This document shows, piece by piece, positions 9,165 to 18,013 of a stretch of 32,000 nt of DNA (the first letter of the stretch is position 1; each line of letters starts with the position of its first letter). The notes beneath the pieces are model-generated. The model saw only the letters and a program-made list of their open reading frames with translations, had not been told where the DNA came from and made no database searches. The DNA comes from Sinorhizobium meliloti (lineage in GTDB: Bacteria; Pseudomonadota; Alphaproteobacteria; Rhizobiales; Rhizobiaceae), in assembly GCF_017876815.1 (NCBI RefSeq), contig NZ_JAGIOS010000003.1, forward strand, positions 480,001-512,000, in the 5' to 3' direction. The position numbers were made by a program, and so were the translations under genes.

Positions 9165-10806
9165 GTTAAAGTGTCCTGTTTCTGCAATGTAAGAATGTCA
9201 CTCTCCCCGGGTTTAGATGACCTGGGAGATTGCGGATGGGATTGATTGCGATGAGCGAGCGTGATCTGCAGCGGATTGAGGTTTTGTCGAAGGTCATCGA
9301 TGGTCGGATGACGCTGGTAACGGCCGCTCATGTTCTGGGGTTAAGCACGCGCCAGGTGCGCCGGCTCTTGGAGCGGATGCGGACGGATGGTGCCGCATCG
9401 ATCCGGCACAAGGCGATCGGTCGGCCATCGAACAACCGGATCAGCGACGGCGTTCGGGATTATGCAGTGACGCTGGTTCGCGAACGCTATGCCGACTTTG
9501 GTCCGACGCTAGCGGCGGAGAAGCTTGCCGAGCGCGATGGCTTGCGGGTGTCGCGCGAGACCTTGCGCAAATGGATGTCGGAGGCCGGACTTTGGCTGTC
9601 GCGCAAGCAGCGGCGCACCTTCCACCAGCCACGATTGCGACGCGAGGCCTATGGCGAGCTGGTGCAGATCGATGGATCGGAGCACCGCTGGTTCGAGGAT
9701 CGCGGTGATCCATGCTCGCTGCTGGTGTTCATCGATGATGCGACCGGCAAGCTGATGCAGTTGCGTTTCGTGCGCTCGGAAAGTGCGTTCAGCTATTTCG
9801 AGGCGCTGGAGCTTTATCTCAAAAATCATGGTGCTCCGGTCGCCTTCTATTCCGACAAACATTCCGTGTTCCGGGTGGCGAAGAAAGACGCCAAGGGCGG
9901 CCAGGGCATGACCCAGTTCGGGCGTGCGCTTTGCGAGCTAAACATTGAGATTCTTTGTGCAAATTCGAGCCAGGCGAAGGGTCGGGTCGAGCGGATGAAC
10001 CGGACGCTGCAGGACCGTTTGATTAAGGATCTGCGCCTGGAGGGCATCTGTGGCATGGACGACGGCAACGCCTTCCTGCCTCGGTTCATGGAGGGCTATA
10101 ACCGGCAGTTTGCCATTACCCCTGCCCGACCTGATGATCTGCATCGGTCGCTGAATCTTGCCCCGGATCGGCTCAAGGAGATCCTGTGCAAACGCGAGCA
10201 GCGCTACGTCGGTGCGCAGCTGACGTTTTCGTTCGAGCGCCAGCGGATCATGCTTGAGGAGACCGAGGTGACGCGCGGGCTGGTCGGTCGCTATGTCGAG
10301 ACCTACGCCTATGCCGACGGCCGGCTCGATGTGCGGTGGAAAGGCCATTCCCTGCCCTACCGGGTATTCGACAAGGACCAGCGGGTGACGCATGCGGCGA
10401 TCACCGAGAACAAGCGGCTCGGTGATGTCCTGGCCTACATCAAGGCGCGCCAGGACGAGCGGCCGGCGCCGAAGGTGAAGACCAACAGCGAGAAGATCGG
10501 CTACCGACCGCGTGGCCGCAAGCCGGGCAAGCGGACGGATTTCACCAACGATCCAGCGGTCATTGCCCGACGGCGACAAGCGCTCTCTGAGCTCGATGCG
10601 GCGGAATGACTGGCTGCTGCAACTGTCAAAGCTAAAGCCGATGGGTGCGTCTCATCCGCCCCCTCCCTTCCCTTGCAACCCGATCCAGCCGGTCCGGTCG
10701 GGGGCTTGGCTCAGTGCCAGTGGGGATGTCGCGTGTCGCATTTCTAAATGGTTGGTGAGGCACCCAAAGTGACATTTCAACTTTGCCCAACCGCGGACAG
10801 TTTAAC
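9165..10806 (+). mobile_element. ISNCY (IS1202-group)-like insertion sequence, copy A
   Basis: The left end is GTTAAAGTGTCCTGTTTCTGCAATGTAAGAATGTCAC (9165-9201). The reverse complement of the right end (10769-10806) is GTTAAACTGTCCGCGGTTGGGCAAAGTTGAAATGTCAC. Both share the outer GTTAAA.TGTCC and inner AATGTCAC. The element directly abuts the IS30 right end. Confidence 0.65.
9230..10609 (+). CDS. ISNCY-like transposase (HTH plus integrase-core DDE domain)
   Basis: 459-aa ORF. MSERDLQRIEVLSKVIDGRMTLVTAAHVLGLSTRQVRRLLERMRTDGAASIRHKAIGRPSNN is the N-terminus I recall for ISNCY/IS1202-group transposases, followed by an rve core (VQIDGSEHRWFE...LLVFIDDATG...FYSDKHSVF...QAKGRVER). The true start is probably ATG 9236 or 9251. 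Confidence 0.85.
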   Translation: MRMGLIAMSERDLQRIEVLSKVIDGRMTLVTAAHVLGLSTRQVRRLLERMRTDGAASIRHKAIGRPSNNRISDGVRDYAVTLVRERYADFGPTLAAEKLAERDGLRVSRETLRKWMSEAGLWLSRKQRRTFHQPRLRREAYGELVQIDGSEHRWFEDRGDPCSLLVFIDDATGKLMQLRFVRSESAFSYFEALELYLKNHGAPVAFYSDKHSVFRVAKKDAKGGQGMTQFGRALCELNIEILCANSSQAKGRVERMNRTLQDRLIKDLRLEGICGMDDGNAFLPRFMEGYNRQFAITPARPDDLHRSLNLAPDRLKEILCKREQRYVGAQLTFSFERQRIMLEETEVTRGLVGRYVETYAYADGRLDVRWKGHSLPYRVFDKDQRVTHAAITENKRLGDVLAYIKARQDERPAPKVKTNSEKIGYRPRGRKPGKRTDFTNDPAVIARRRQALSELDAAE

Positions 10807-12590
10807 CTTGCCGCCACATGTGGTGTAGCGGCCGTTTAGAGATGCGACATATGAGCCAGTTAGAGATGCGACAGTCGTCGCCGCTTGGGATGCTGGTCAA
10901 ACGTCAACGTTTGGAAGGAAGACTGGCGACGTGAAGCGTGGCTGAGACCATGAGCGTTCGGAGTCGTCATGTCTTGTTTGATCACCATGTCGCAGAAGGA
11001 ATTGCATCGTCTTGAACTGATCCAGCGGATTCGCGGCCGCAGCCTGAGCGTCGTCCAGGCGGCCGAACTGCTCGGCCTCAGCCGCAGTCAGGTGCATCGG
11101 CTGCTGCAGGCCTATGACCTGGCCGGCGCCGACGGGCTGGTCTCGAAGAAGCGCGGCCGGCCGAGCAACCGGCGTCATAGAAAGGATTTCCGCATCCTGG
11201 TGCTCGACCTGGTGCGTGAGCATTATGCGGATTTCGGACCAACCCTGGCGGCTGAGAAGCTGCTCGAACGCCACCGGATTGCCGTCAGCAAGGAGACGCT
11301 GCGTCAGTGGATGATGGAAGCCGGCATCTGGGTGTCGCGACGCGAGCGCAAGAAGCGCGTCTTCCAGCCGCGCGGCCGGCGCGATTGTTTCGGCGAACTC
11401 GTCCAGATCGATGGCTCGCTTCATTGGTGGTTCGAGAACCGCGGTCCCAAATGCGCCCTGCTCGTCTATATCGACGATGCCACCGGCAAGCTGTTGCACT
11501 TACGCTTTGCGGGCTCGGAGAACACCTTCGACTATCTGCACGCGACGAAGGCCTATTTGCAGCAATGGGGCAAGCCGATTGCCTTCTACAGCGACAAGCA
11601 TGGCATCTTCCGCACCACCCATGCTTCCAAGAAGGACAGAACCAGTGGCCTGACGCAGTTCGGGCGTGCCCTTTACGAGCTCAACATCGACATCATCTGT
11701 GCCAATACCCCGCAGGCCAAAGGCCGCGTCGAGCGCGCCAACCAGACGCTGCAGGATCGCCTCGTCAAGGAACTGCGGTTGCGCGGCATCGATACGATCG
11801 CGGCGGCCAATGCCTATTCGCCGGAGTTCATGGCCGACTTCAATCGTCGCTTTGGCAAGGCGCCGCGCAATCCGAAGGACATGCATCGGCCGTTTGCCGC
11901 GCATGAGAACCTCGATGGCGCCATGTGCCGCAAGGAGATCCGCAAGCTGTCGAATTCGTTGACGCTGCGCTATGACAAGGTGATGTTCATTCTCGATCCG
12001 ACAGATCGCGCAGCGGCGCTGGCGGGTAAGAAGGTTGTCGTTTGCGACTATCCCGACGGACGCCTGGAGATCACAGACGGGGAAGCCACCCTGCCCTACA
12101 GGACGTTCGACACGCTGCGCTCGGTGCACCGCTCCGAGGTGGTTGAGAACAAGCGCCTGGATGACATGCTGGCGCTGGTCGCCGCGATGCAGGCCGGACG
12201 AGAGCAACAGCGCAGCAAGGGCGGGCCGCGCCGCACCGGCCAGACGGACCATATGTTCGGCATTCGCGACGGCAGCCAGAGCAATGGCTACCAGAAGCGC
12301 GGCACGAAGCCTGGCCGGAAGACGGATTTTACCAAGGATCCGGTGGTCATCGCAAAGCGCCAGCAAGCCCTCGCGCAGCTGAAAGCGGCGGAGTGACCGG
12401 CGTGTCAAAGCTAAAGTTTATCTTGCACCTCAAGCCATCCGCCGCCGGCCGGGCTGCGCAACCCTGACCAGCTCCACCCGGCCGGCGGCTTGCGTCTCCG
12501 TACTTTGTAAATATAGCAACTTGCAAATGCAGTAGTAATGGATAGGATGATGTCGCGTTTCTAAGTTGACTACTTTGTCTCATCTTTAAA
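10801..12590 (+). mobile_element. ISNCY (IS1202-group)-like insertion sequence, copy B (a different element, boundaries approximate)
   Basis: It encodes a paralogous, clearly diverged transposase. Subterminal TTAGA.A.GCGACA motifs occur near both ends (10836-10849 and 10860-10873; inverted at 12551-12564). The left terminus appears to touch or overlap the copy A right end at TTTAAC (10801). The right terminus lies near CTTTAAA (about 12590). Confidence 0.5.
10969..12396 (+). CDS. ISNCY-like transposase (paralogue of 9230..10609)
   Basis: 475-aa ORF collinear with the copy A transposase (MSQKELHRLELIQRIRGRSLSVVQAAELLGLSRSQVHRLL..., VQIDGSLHWWFE, LLVYIDDATGK, FYSDKHGIF, QAKGRVERANQTLQDRLVKELRL). 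Confidence 0.88.
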   Translation: MSCLITMSQKELHRLELIQRIRGRSLSVVQAAELLGLSRSQVHRLLQAYDLAGADGLVSKKRGRPSNRRHRKDFRILVLDLVREHYADFGPTLAAEKLLERHRIAVSKETLRQWMMEAGIWVSRRERKKRVFQPRGRRDCFGELVQIDGSLHWWFENRGPKCALLVYIDDATGKLLHLRFAGSENTFDYLHATKAYLQQWGKPIAFYSDKHGIFRTTHASKKDRTSGLTQFGRALYELNIDIICANTPQAKGRVERANQTLQDRLVKELRLRGIDTIAAANAYSPEFMADFNRRFGKAPRNPKDMHRPFAAHENLDGAMCRKEIRKLSNSLTLRYDKVMFILDPTDRAAALAGKKVVVCDYPDGRLEITDGEATLPYRTFDTLRSVHRSEVVENKRLDDMLALVAAMQAGREQQRSKGGPRRTGQTDHMFGIRDGSQSNGYQKRGTKPGRKTDFTKDPVVIAKRQQALAQLKAAE

Positions 12591-12603
12591 TAGCTTTGAC
12601 ATT

Positions 12604-12788
12604 GATGTAGCCGGGGGTAAATTCTATTTTCAAGTGCGACATGGCAATAAAAACAACGGCCTGTCCCTTGGAGATTTTTGCATGTCGCAGTGCTATTTGC
12701 AGCTCACCCTTCCCGATCGCCGACGCGTGCATCAGCTTCTCGAACGCAAGGTGCCGATTGCTGAGATCGCCCGCCCTCAGTCGGCATC
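12604..12788 (+). mobile_element. truncated left end (about 185 bp) of a second, diverged IS30-family element
   Basis: 12604-12788 aligns base for base, with scattered mismatches, to 8034-8225 of the complete IS30 element. The alignment covers the IRL, the leader and the first 40 or so codons (MSQCYLQLTLPDRRRVHQLLERKVPIAEIARP...). Similarity stops abruptly at about 12788. Confidence 0.7.
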
Positions 12789-12890
12789 GGTTTGTCCTCG
12801 AGCCGACTGATCTCGCCAAGACCCTAAGCCGGCAAGAAGGTGATAGTCTGCGAACACCCCGCGGACGACCATTCTTATCAGCAGATCCAT
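12786..12890 (+). pseudogene. sliver of a third ISNCY-like transposase gene (internal fragment, frameshifted)
   Basis: Reading across one frameshift gives RFVLEPTDLAKTL/AGKKVIVCEHPADD. This parallels KVMFILDPTDRAAALAGKKVVVCDYPDGRLEI of the copy B transposase. The match is short, so confidence is low. Confidence 0.4.
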
Positions 12891-12922
12891 TGTCTGCAGG
12901 CGCTCGCCGCATGCACTTGGCT

Positions 12923-13627
12923 TCAAATGAGCCTGAGCTTTGTCGCCAGTGCCGTCGCCTGCGCCTGTGTGCTCGCACCGAGCTTCCTGCGAGCGTTGTT
13001 CATATGGAAATTCACATTCGCATAGGTCATGTTCTCGATGGTGGCGATGTCACTCATGGATTTGCCCTCGGATGACCACTTGAGCATCAGCGCCTGTTTG
13101 GCGGTCATGCGGATGCTCGGTTTTGCCGTGGGTTCAATTTGCGCTTGCTCGATCCTCACATGAAGCTGAGCGACCGCCGTCGCAGCTGCGACCGGATCGA
13201 GATCGAGATTCAGCGAAAGGCACGGCTTGTGCGACGCAATGGTCAGCATCGCGATGCGCCGGAATGCAGTCGCCACCGGAATCGTGATGCCCGATCGGAT
13301 GCCGAACCCGGCAGCATCCAGGTAGAACTGCCGAACACGCCTCGACTTGACTTTCCGCGTGTTTTCCGAAGACCAAGTGAACGCCCTCATCGTGGACTTG
13401 GCGATCAGGACCACGGGATCAATCTCACTGAAGCTCTTGGAGAAATACCGATCCTGCCATTCGGGTGAATAATTCGAGACAGCGAATGTTCCGACCGGCT
13501 GAAGATTGAGGTAGGCGTAATATTCGAAGCCGAGTTCCCGTGCGAGTTCGGTGAGTGCTCCATTGAACATCTCCCTGGTGCGCGCTACCGCTGTAACATC
13601 GATTAGCTTCTGAAACCAAATCTCCAC
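12923..13627 (-). CDS. traR: LuxR-family AHL-responsive transcriptional activator, TraR-like
   Basis: 234-aa ORF collinear with Agrobacterium TraR as I recall it. Shared features are WFQKLIDVTA..., GFEYYAYLNLQP, NYSPEWQDRYFSKSFSEIDPVV, FTWSSE, FGIRSGITIPV, and a C-terminal HTH ending in ATALATKLRLI. The symbol reflects similarity only; no tra/trb genes are nearby. Confidence 0.88.
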   Translation of the reverse strand: MEIWFQKLIDVTAVARTREMFNGALTELARELGFEYYAYLNLQPVGTFAVSNYSPEWQDRYFSKSFSEIDPVVLIAKSTMRAFTWSSENTRKVKSRRVRQFYLDAAGFGIRSGITIPVATAFRRIAMLTIASHKPCLSLNLDLDPVAAATAVAQLHVRIEQAQIEPTAKPSIRMTAKQALMLKWSSEGKSMSDIATIENMTYANVNFHMNNARRKLGASTQAQATALATKLRLI

Positions 13628-13823
13628 CTTCTAATCCCCTCTTGTTGCATCCCGTCTCATACTGCTCGTGCCCACCAAAATCAGGATATTTGGTCGGCGA
13701 CCACTTTTCAACGAGGGCAGAGCAAAGCCGCCCGCAGAACTCGAAGCCTCGAACGCGGCAGAAGCATCAAGGCACGCCCCCAGCAAAACGCGCTGACGAC
13801 GCCAAGCTCATCCTGCCACGGCC

Positions 13824-14785
13824 CTAGTTCGACTGCCTAGTCTCCATGCGCCGACCCGCGGCGGTCTTGCCGGGCTTTTCAGAATGCCCGCCGGCAGGTT
13901 TACGCGGCCGCGAGACTGATGCGAGAGAGCGGGCGATTTCCACGAATTCTTCACGGTTCGCGGTGGGGTCTTCCTTGTTCCAGGCGAGCCCCATGCCGAT
14001 CGTAAAATCCACTCCCTCCACTTCCCAAAGCGAAACGACCGGTGGGGCAAATCCTTCGTCCATTTCCGGCACGAAACCGACCCAATCCCGGCGGCAACGA
14101 GCGAAACCAGGGAGAGCGCATCGTCGCAGCTGTAGGCGACCTGATCGAGAAGGCCGTGCTTTCTGAACTGCTCGAAGAAGTACTTTTCCGTGTAAGATAG
14201 ATTCGAGCGGGAAAAGGCGATTATCCGCGCTCGTTTGAGGTCGCTCATTGTGACAGTTTCCGCCATCTCCAGCGGGCTGCCAAGCGGCACCGCTAGAAGA
14301 CATCGTTCGTTGGCGATGCTCTGCCAGCGGAGCGAGCCGATATTTTCGACCGGCCGGATGAAGCCGAGATTGATGCGGCCCTTCTCCAGATCGCGGATGA
14401 TTGCATCGGTCGAGCCACTGCTGATGTGAATCTGAACGTCTGGAATCGCTTGCCGAGCTTGCTTAGAAAGAGCGGCAAGACACCGCAGGTCGCAGGGTAA
14501 ATGTTACAGATCGTGATCCGATCGACATCCTTGCCCGCAACGGCCCGGTCGACGGCGGAACTGTTTTCAATCTCCTTGAGAACACGGATACACCGCTCAT
14601 AGAAAAGTTCGCCAGGCTTGGTCAATTGAACGCGACGGGTAGAAACGGGTGAGAAGCTGCACGCCGAGCTCCCTTTCCAGCGTCTGGATCTGCACGCTGA
14701 GGGCGGGCTGCGCCATGGCCGCGGCGCGACCGAAATGAAGTTCCTCGGCCAGCGTCGCAAAGCATCTCATCTGACGGACTTCCAT
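13824..14785 (-). pseudogene. LysR-family regulator pseudogene (at least three frameshifts)
   Basis: The wHTH is in ORF 14597..14785 (MRCFATLAEELHFGRAAAMAQPALSVQIQTLERELGVQLL). The continuation ...RRVQLTKPGELFYERCIRVLKEIE... is in ORF 14293..14760. The effector domain is split between ORFs 13808..14290 and 13824..14303 (...SLVSLVAAGIG / VGFVPEMDEGF...VEGVDFTIGMGLAWNKED). Confidence 0.75.
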
Positions 14786-14928
14786 TCCCTGTCCTCTCCA
14801 ACTGTGCAGTTCTTCCGCAAGGCGCAGACCATCCGTTAATCGTCACTTTAGATCAATCTGTTGTTTTTTGATCTCGACCCCATGAATTCCCGCAGTAGAC
14901 GGAATCGTCTTTGCCCTATCGGTTGAGC

Positions 14929-15318
14929 ATGAAAACGAGCCTCGAATACCTTGCCGGAGAGGGAGCAGCGCGAGCTTGCCCGCGTCGTCTAGATAATCCC
15001 ACGAGGAGTTTGCCGATGCGCTCGAGGGAAGCTCAGCCGCCTTTAAGAAGCGCGGGCGGTCGCCCGCGGTACGTTCGTCGACGAGCCGCAGGCTACCGCT
15101 CGGACTACGATATTCTCGTGATCGCCAGTTCGAAGAAATTGGCCGAACCGCAGTATTGGGGCAAGGCGACCGATCGGCTGCTGTGGGACAAGGGGGTCTC
15201 GACGCCGGTGGGGCTGATTGTCCATGGCGCGCGGGAGGTGAACAACTTCGTTGCGGACGGACAAGAATTCTTCGTCGACGTCCTCCACGAGGGCGTCGTG
15301 CTCTACGAAATCGACGAC
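14929..15318 (+). pseudogene. nucleotidyltransferase-domain protein pseudogene (frameshifts and an in-frame stop)
   Basis: Pieces in three frames are MKTSLEYL / LPEREQRELARVV* / HEEFADALEGSSAAFKKRG / GYRSDYDILVIASSKKLAEPQYWGKATDRLLWDKGVSTPVGLIVHGAREVNNFVADGQEFFVDVLHEGVVLYEIDD. This reproduces the plasmid/ICE-borne MNT-type nucleotidyltransferase family. The 300-aa ORF 14911..15813 is a chimeric read-through. Confidence 0.55.
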
Positions 15319-15394
15319 GGGGCCAGATACGCCGCCGTCAAGGTGGTCGGTGCCAATGCGAAAAACCGTCGATTTTTTCAAAGGCGCCGAGCCC

Positions 15395-15625
15395 GCTCGC
15401 ATGGAAGGTCCCCGAATGCATCCATGCGCATGTGCATTGATGAGGCCCGGTATAAGCGATGCCGCCGGCTGCATCGATGGTTTCACGCGCCACAATCTCA
15501 GCGCCTGCGGCAGTCTCCTCAGCGTCAACTCCGGCGATCTGCCCGTGCCGGACATAAACCGCAGTCCGCTTGTGACATCTTGCCGCCACCAGTGATGAGG
15601 CTTGCGTCTCGGACGACTAGATCCA
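15395..15625 (-). pseudogene. amidohydrolase-superfamily N-terminal fragment (frameshifted, truncated)
   Basis: The reverse strand has GAAAGGA, 8 nt, then ATG at 15625. The pieces are MDLVVRDASLITGGG..., then VYVRHGQIAGVDAEETAAGAEIVARETIDAAGGIA, then PGLINAHAHG (metal-binding HxH motif), in shifting frames. Homology is lost after about 75 codons. Confidence 0.4.
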
Positions 15626-15727
15626 TGACAATTATTCCTTTCGCCATGGTGCGGTGCTGGCCGCTGGTCGCCCGCCCGGCCGATCCAACCGGCGATGCGA
15701 TTGCTCCTGGCTGGAACCATCCAGCAT

Positions 15728-16279
15728 CTAGCCGGACGATCGCACCGTTCGGATCAGATCAGCGCAATTGGCCACGCTTAGCGCCTTGCGCAGTCGACCG
15801 ATATGGACGTTGACCGTTTGGCGTCAACGAAACGACGTTCGGGCCAGGCAGCTTCAATGAGTTGTGCGCGGCTGCACGCCTGCTCCCGGTTCTCCATCAG
15901 GAGCTGCAGCAACCGAAATTCGATCGGTCCTAAGTGAATGCTGACGCCGAAACGCTTGACGCTATGCCTGTTGGTGCTCAGTTCAATCCCTGCGCGAGGA
16001 TATGACCGTCGATCGCCGTGGGATGCGACCCGTGCAGGATGCGGTCACGGAGGAAGCCGAGCAGTTTCGAAGGAGCGATCGGCCTTACGAAGTTCTCGTC
16101 AATACCGCCTTCAGGTAGATCGATAAACCGGCATTCCGCACCAGGCCCAATCAAGCCGACCGTCGTGATCCCGAATGTCCGCGGCTCCTGCTTTAGCTTT
16201 ACACAAGTTGCAGGAGCCCACTCTTCTCCCGATCGACAATCAAGAAGGATGGCTCTGACATCGTTCTCGCCTGCGAGAT
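15728..16279 (-). pseudogene. OmpR/PhoB-type response regulator, distal part (rest of the receiver plus the winged-helix domain), separated from its 5' part by IS21 and also frameshifted
   Basis: ORF 15978..16559 contains GENDVRAILLDCRSGEEWAPATCVKLKQEPRTFGITTVGLIGPGAECRFIDLPEGGIDENFVRPIAPSKLLGFLRDRIL (receiver). Downstream come IHLGPIEFRLLQLLMENREQACSRAQLIEAAWPERRFVDAK and, in another frame, TVNVHIGRLRKALSVANCADLIRTVRSSG (winged helix). Confidence 0.7.
16272..16279. repeat. target-site duplication TGCGAGAT, left copy
   Basis: It lies immediately outside the IS21 left terminus (TGCAAATTCC... starts at 16280). An identical octamer flanks the right terminus. Confidence 0.8.
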
Positions 16280-16450
16280 TGCAAATTCCGAGGCAATCCG
16301 CCCCCTGATTCCGAAATGATCTCGCCCCCCAATTCCGAGAAATAGTCGCCCCCTGATTCCGAGATGATGCCGCCCCCATCGGAAAGCATCTGGCGTGGGT
16401 GTTCTGCTGGTGTGAAGTTTCTTCCTTCGACGTGACGAGGAAGGAACGGG

Positions 16451-18001
16451 ATGCCTGCGGAGAGACTGGAGATGCGGCGTGTCCGCGAGATATTGAGATA
16501 TCGCTTCGAACAAGGACTTGGCCACAAGTCGATCGCGGTTCGGGTTGGAGCTGCGCCATCGACGGTGCGCGAGACGCTTCGGCGTGCGGCCATTGCGGAG
16601 CTATCGTGGCCGTTGGGTGACGACATCAGCGATGCAGTCCTGGAAGCGGCGCTTTACAAGGCAGCCGGGACGAAGACGGGTCATCGTCGGAGCCCTGAGC
16701 CGGACTGGACGCAGGTCCACCGCGAGCTGAAGCGCAAGCATATGACGCTGCAGATCCTTTGGGACGAATACATCAGCCGTTATCCGGAGGGCTATCGTTA
16801 CAGTCGCTTCTGTGACCTCTACCGCGGCTGGGCGATGAAGTTGCCTGTGACGATGCGGCAGGATCACGCGGCCGGCGACAAGCTGTTCGTCGACTACGCC
16901 GGCGACACGGTCACGGTTGTCGTTGATCGGCTGTCCGGCAAGACACGGCAGGCGCACCTGTTCGTGGCGGTTCTGGGAGCATCCAGCCTTTCATATGCGC
17001 AGGCACGTTGGAGCGAGACGCTTCCCGACTGGATTGAATGCCATATCCTGGCGCTGGAGTTCTTTGGCGGTGCGCCAGCCTTGCTGGTTCCCGACAATGC
17101 CAAGGTAGCGATCATCAAGGCCTGCCACTTCGATCCCCAGGTCAACCGGACGTATTGCGGGATGGCGGCCCATTATGGCAGCGCCGTCTTGCCGACGCGG
17201 CCGCGACGCCCGCGGGACAAGGCGAAAGTGGAAGCTGCGGTTCGTATCGTCGAACGTTGGCTGTTGGGCCGGCTGCGCCATCGCATCTTCTATAGTTTGG
17301 CCGAGGTCAATGCGGCGATTGGCCAATTGCTCCATGATCTCAATGATAAGCGCGTTCTGCGCCGTGTCGGCGCCACGCGCCGCCAATTGTTCGAGGAGCT
17401 TGATCGTCCGGCTTTGCGACCGCTGCCTGTCGAACGTTATGTCTTTGCCGAATGGCGTATCCGGCGCGCCGGGCTGGATTATCACGTCGAGATCGAGCGG
17501 CACTATTATTCCGTTCCCTATCGCTTTGCCCGCGAGCAGGTCGAGGCTCGTATCACCGCCAATACGATCGAGATCTTCCACAAGGGCGAGCGAATTGCCG
17601 CTCACCGGCGCTCCAGCGGCAACGGCAAGCACACGACGATCCCCGATCATATGCCCTCTGCGCATCGCCGCTTTGCCGACTGGACGATTGAACGGATTCA
17701 ACGCGAAGCCTCTGCGATGGGGCCGGATGTTGCGCTGTTGTGCGAGCGCATTCTTGCCGACAGGCCTCATCCCGAGCAGGGCTTTCGAGCTTGCCTCGGC
17801 ATCATCCGCCTCAACAAGAGCTTCGGCCGCGACAGGGTCAATGCCGCTTGCGGCCGTGCGTTGGAGATTGGCGCACGAACCTATGGCTCGGTGCGATCCA
17901 TCCTCGACAATCACCTTGACCGGACGGCTGCCTCAAATGGAGCGGCGCCGCATGAACCGATCCATCACGCCAACATCCGCGGACCTCGCTATTACCACTA
18001 A
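16451..18001 (+). CDS. istA: IS21-family transposase IstA
   Basis: 516-aa ORF with an HTH N-terminus (MRRVREILRYRFEQGLGHKSIAVRVGAAPSTVRETLRR) and a DDE core (LFVDYAGDTV...VAVLGASSLSYAQ...LLVPDNAKVAI). Confidence 0.95.
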   Translation: MPAERLEMRRVREILRYRFEQGLGHKSIAVRVGAAPSTVRETLRRAAIAELSWPLGDDISDAVLEAALYKAAGTKTGHRRSPEPDWTQVHRELKRKHMTLQILWDEYISRYPEGYRYSRFCDLYRGWAMKLPVTMRQDHAAGDKLFVDYAGDTVTVVVDRLSGKTRQAHLFVAVLGASSLSYAQARWSETLPDWIECHILALEFFGGAPALLVPDNAKVAIIKACHFDPQVNRTYCGMAAHYGSAVLPTRPRRPRDKAKVEAAVRIVERWLLGRLRHRIFYSLAEVNAAIGQLLHDLNDKRVLRRVGATRRQLFEELDRPALRPLPVERYVFAEWRIRRAGLDYHVEIERHYYSVPYRFAREQVEARITANTIEIFHKGERIAAHRRSSGNGKHTTIPDHMPSAHRRFADWTIERIQREASAMGPDVALLCERILADRPHPEQGFRACLGIIRLNKSFGRDRVNAACGRALEIGARTYGSVRSILDNHLDRTAASNGAAPHEPIHHANIRGPRYYH

Positions 18002-18013
18002 GGAGAACGAAAG

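Noticed and set aside
8052-12408. Long reverse-strand ORFs inside the IS elements (8052..8759, 9938..10579, 10897..11499, 11500..12408), and 16991..17914 and 17175..18044 in IS21
   Set aside because: They are antisense or alternative-frame shadows of the transposase genes, and none shows independent homology.
14911-15813. 300-aa forward ORF as an intact gene
   Set aside because: Only codons covering about 15090-15318 resemble a real protein (the nucleotidyltransferase core). The rest is read-through across an amidohydrolase fragment and response-regulator DNA on the other strand. I treat it as part of a pseudogene.
16284-16377. Short tandem repeats that could be mistaken for a mini CRISPR array
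   Set aside because: The repeats are contiguous, with no spacers, and are mirrored at the other end of the IS21 element. They are its subterminal repeats.
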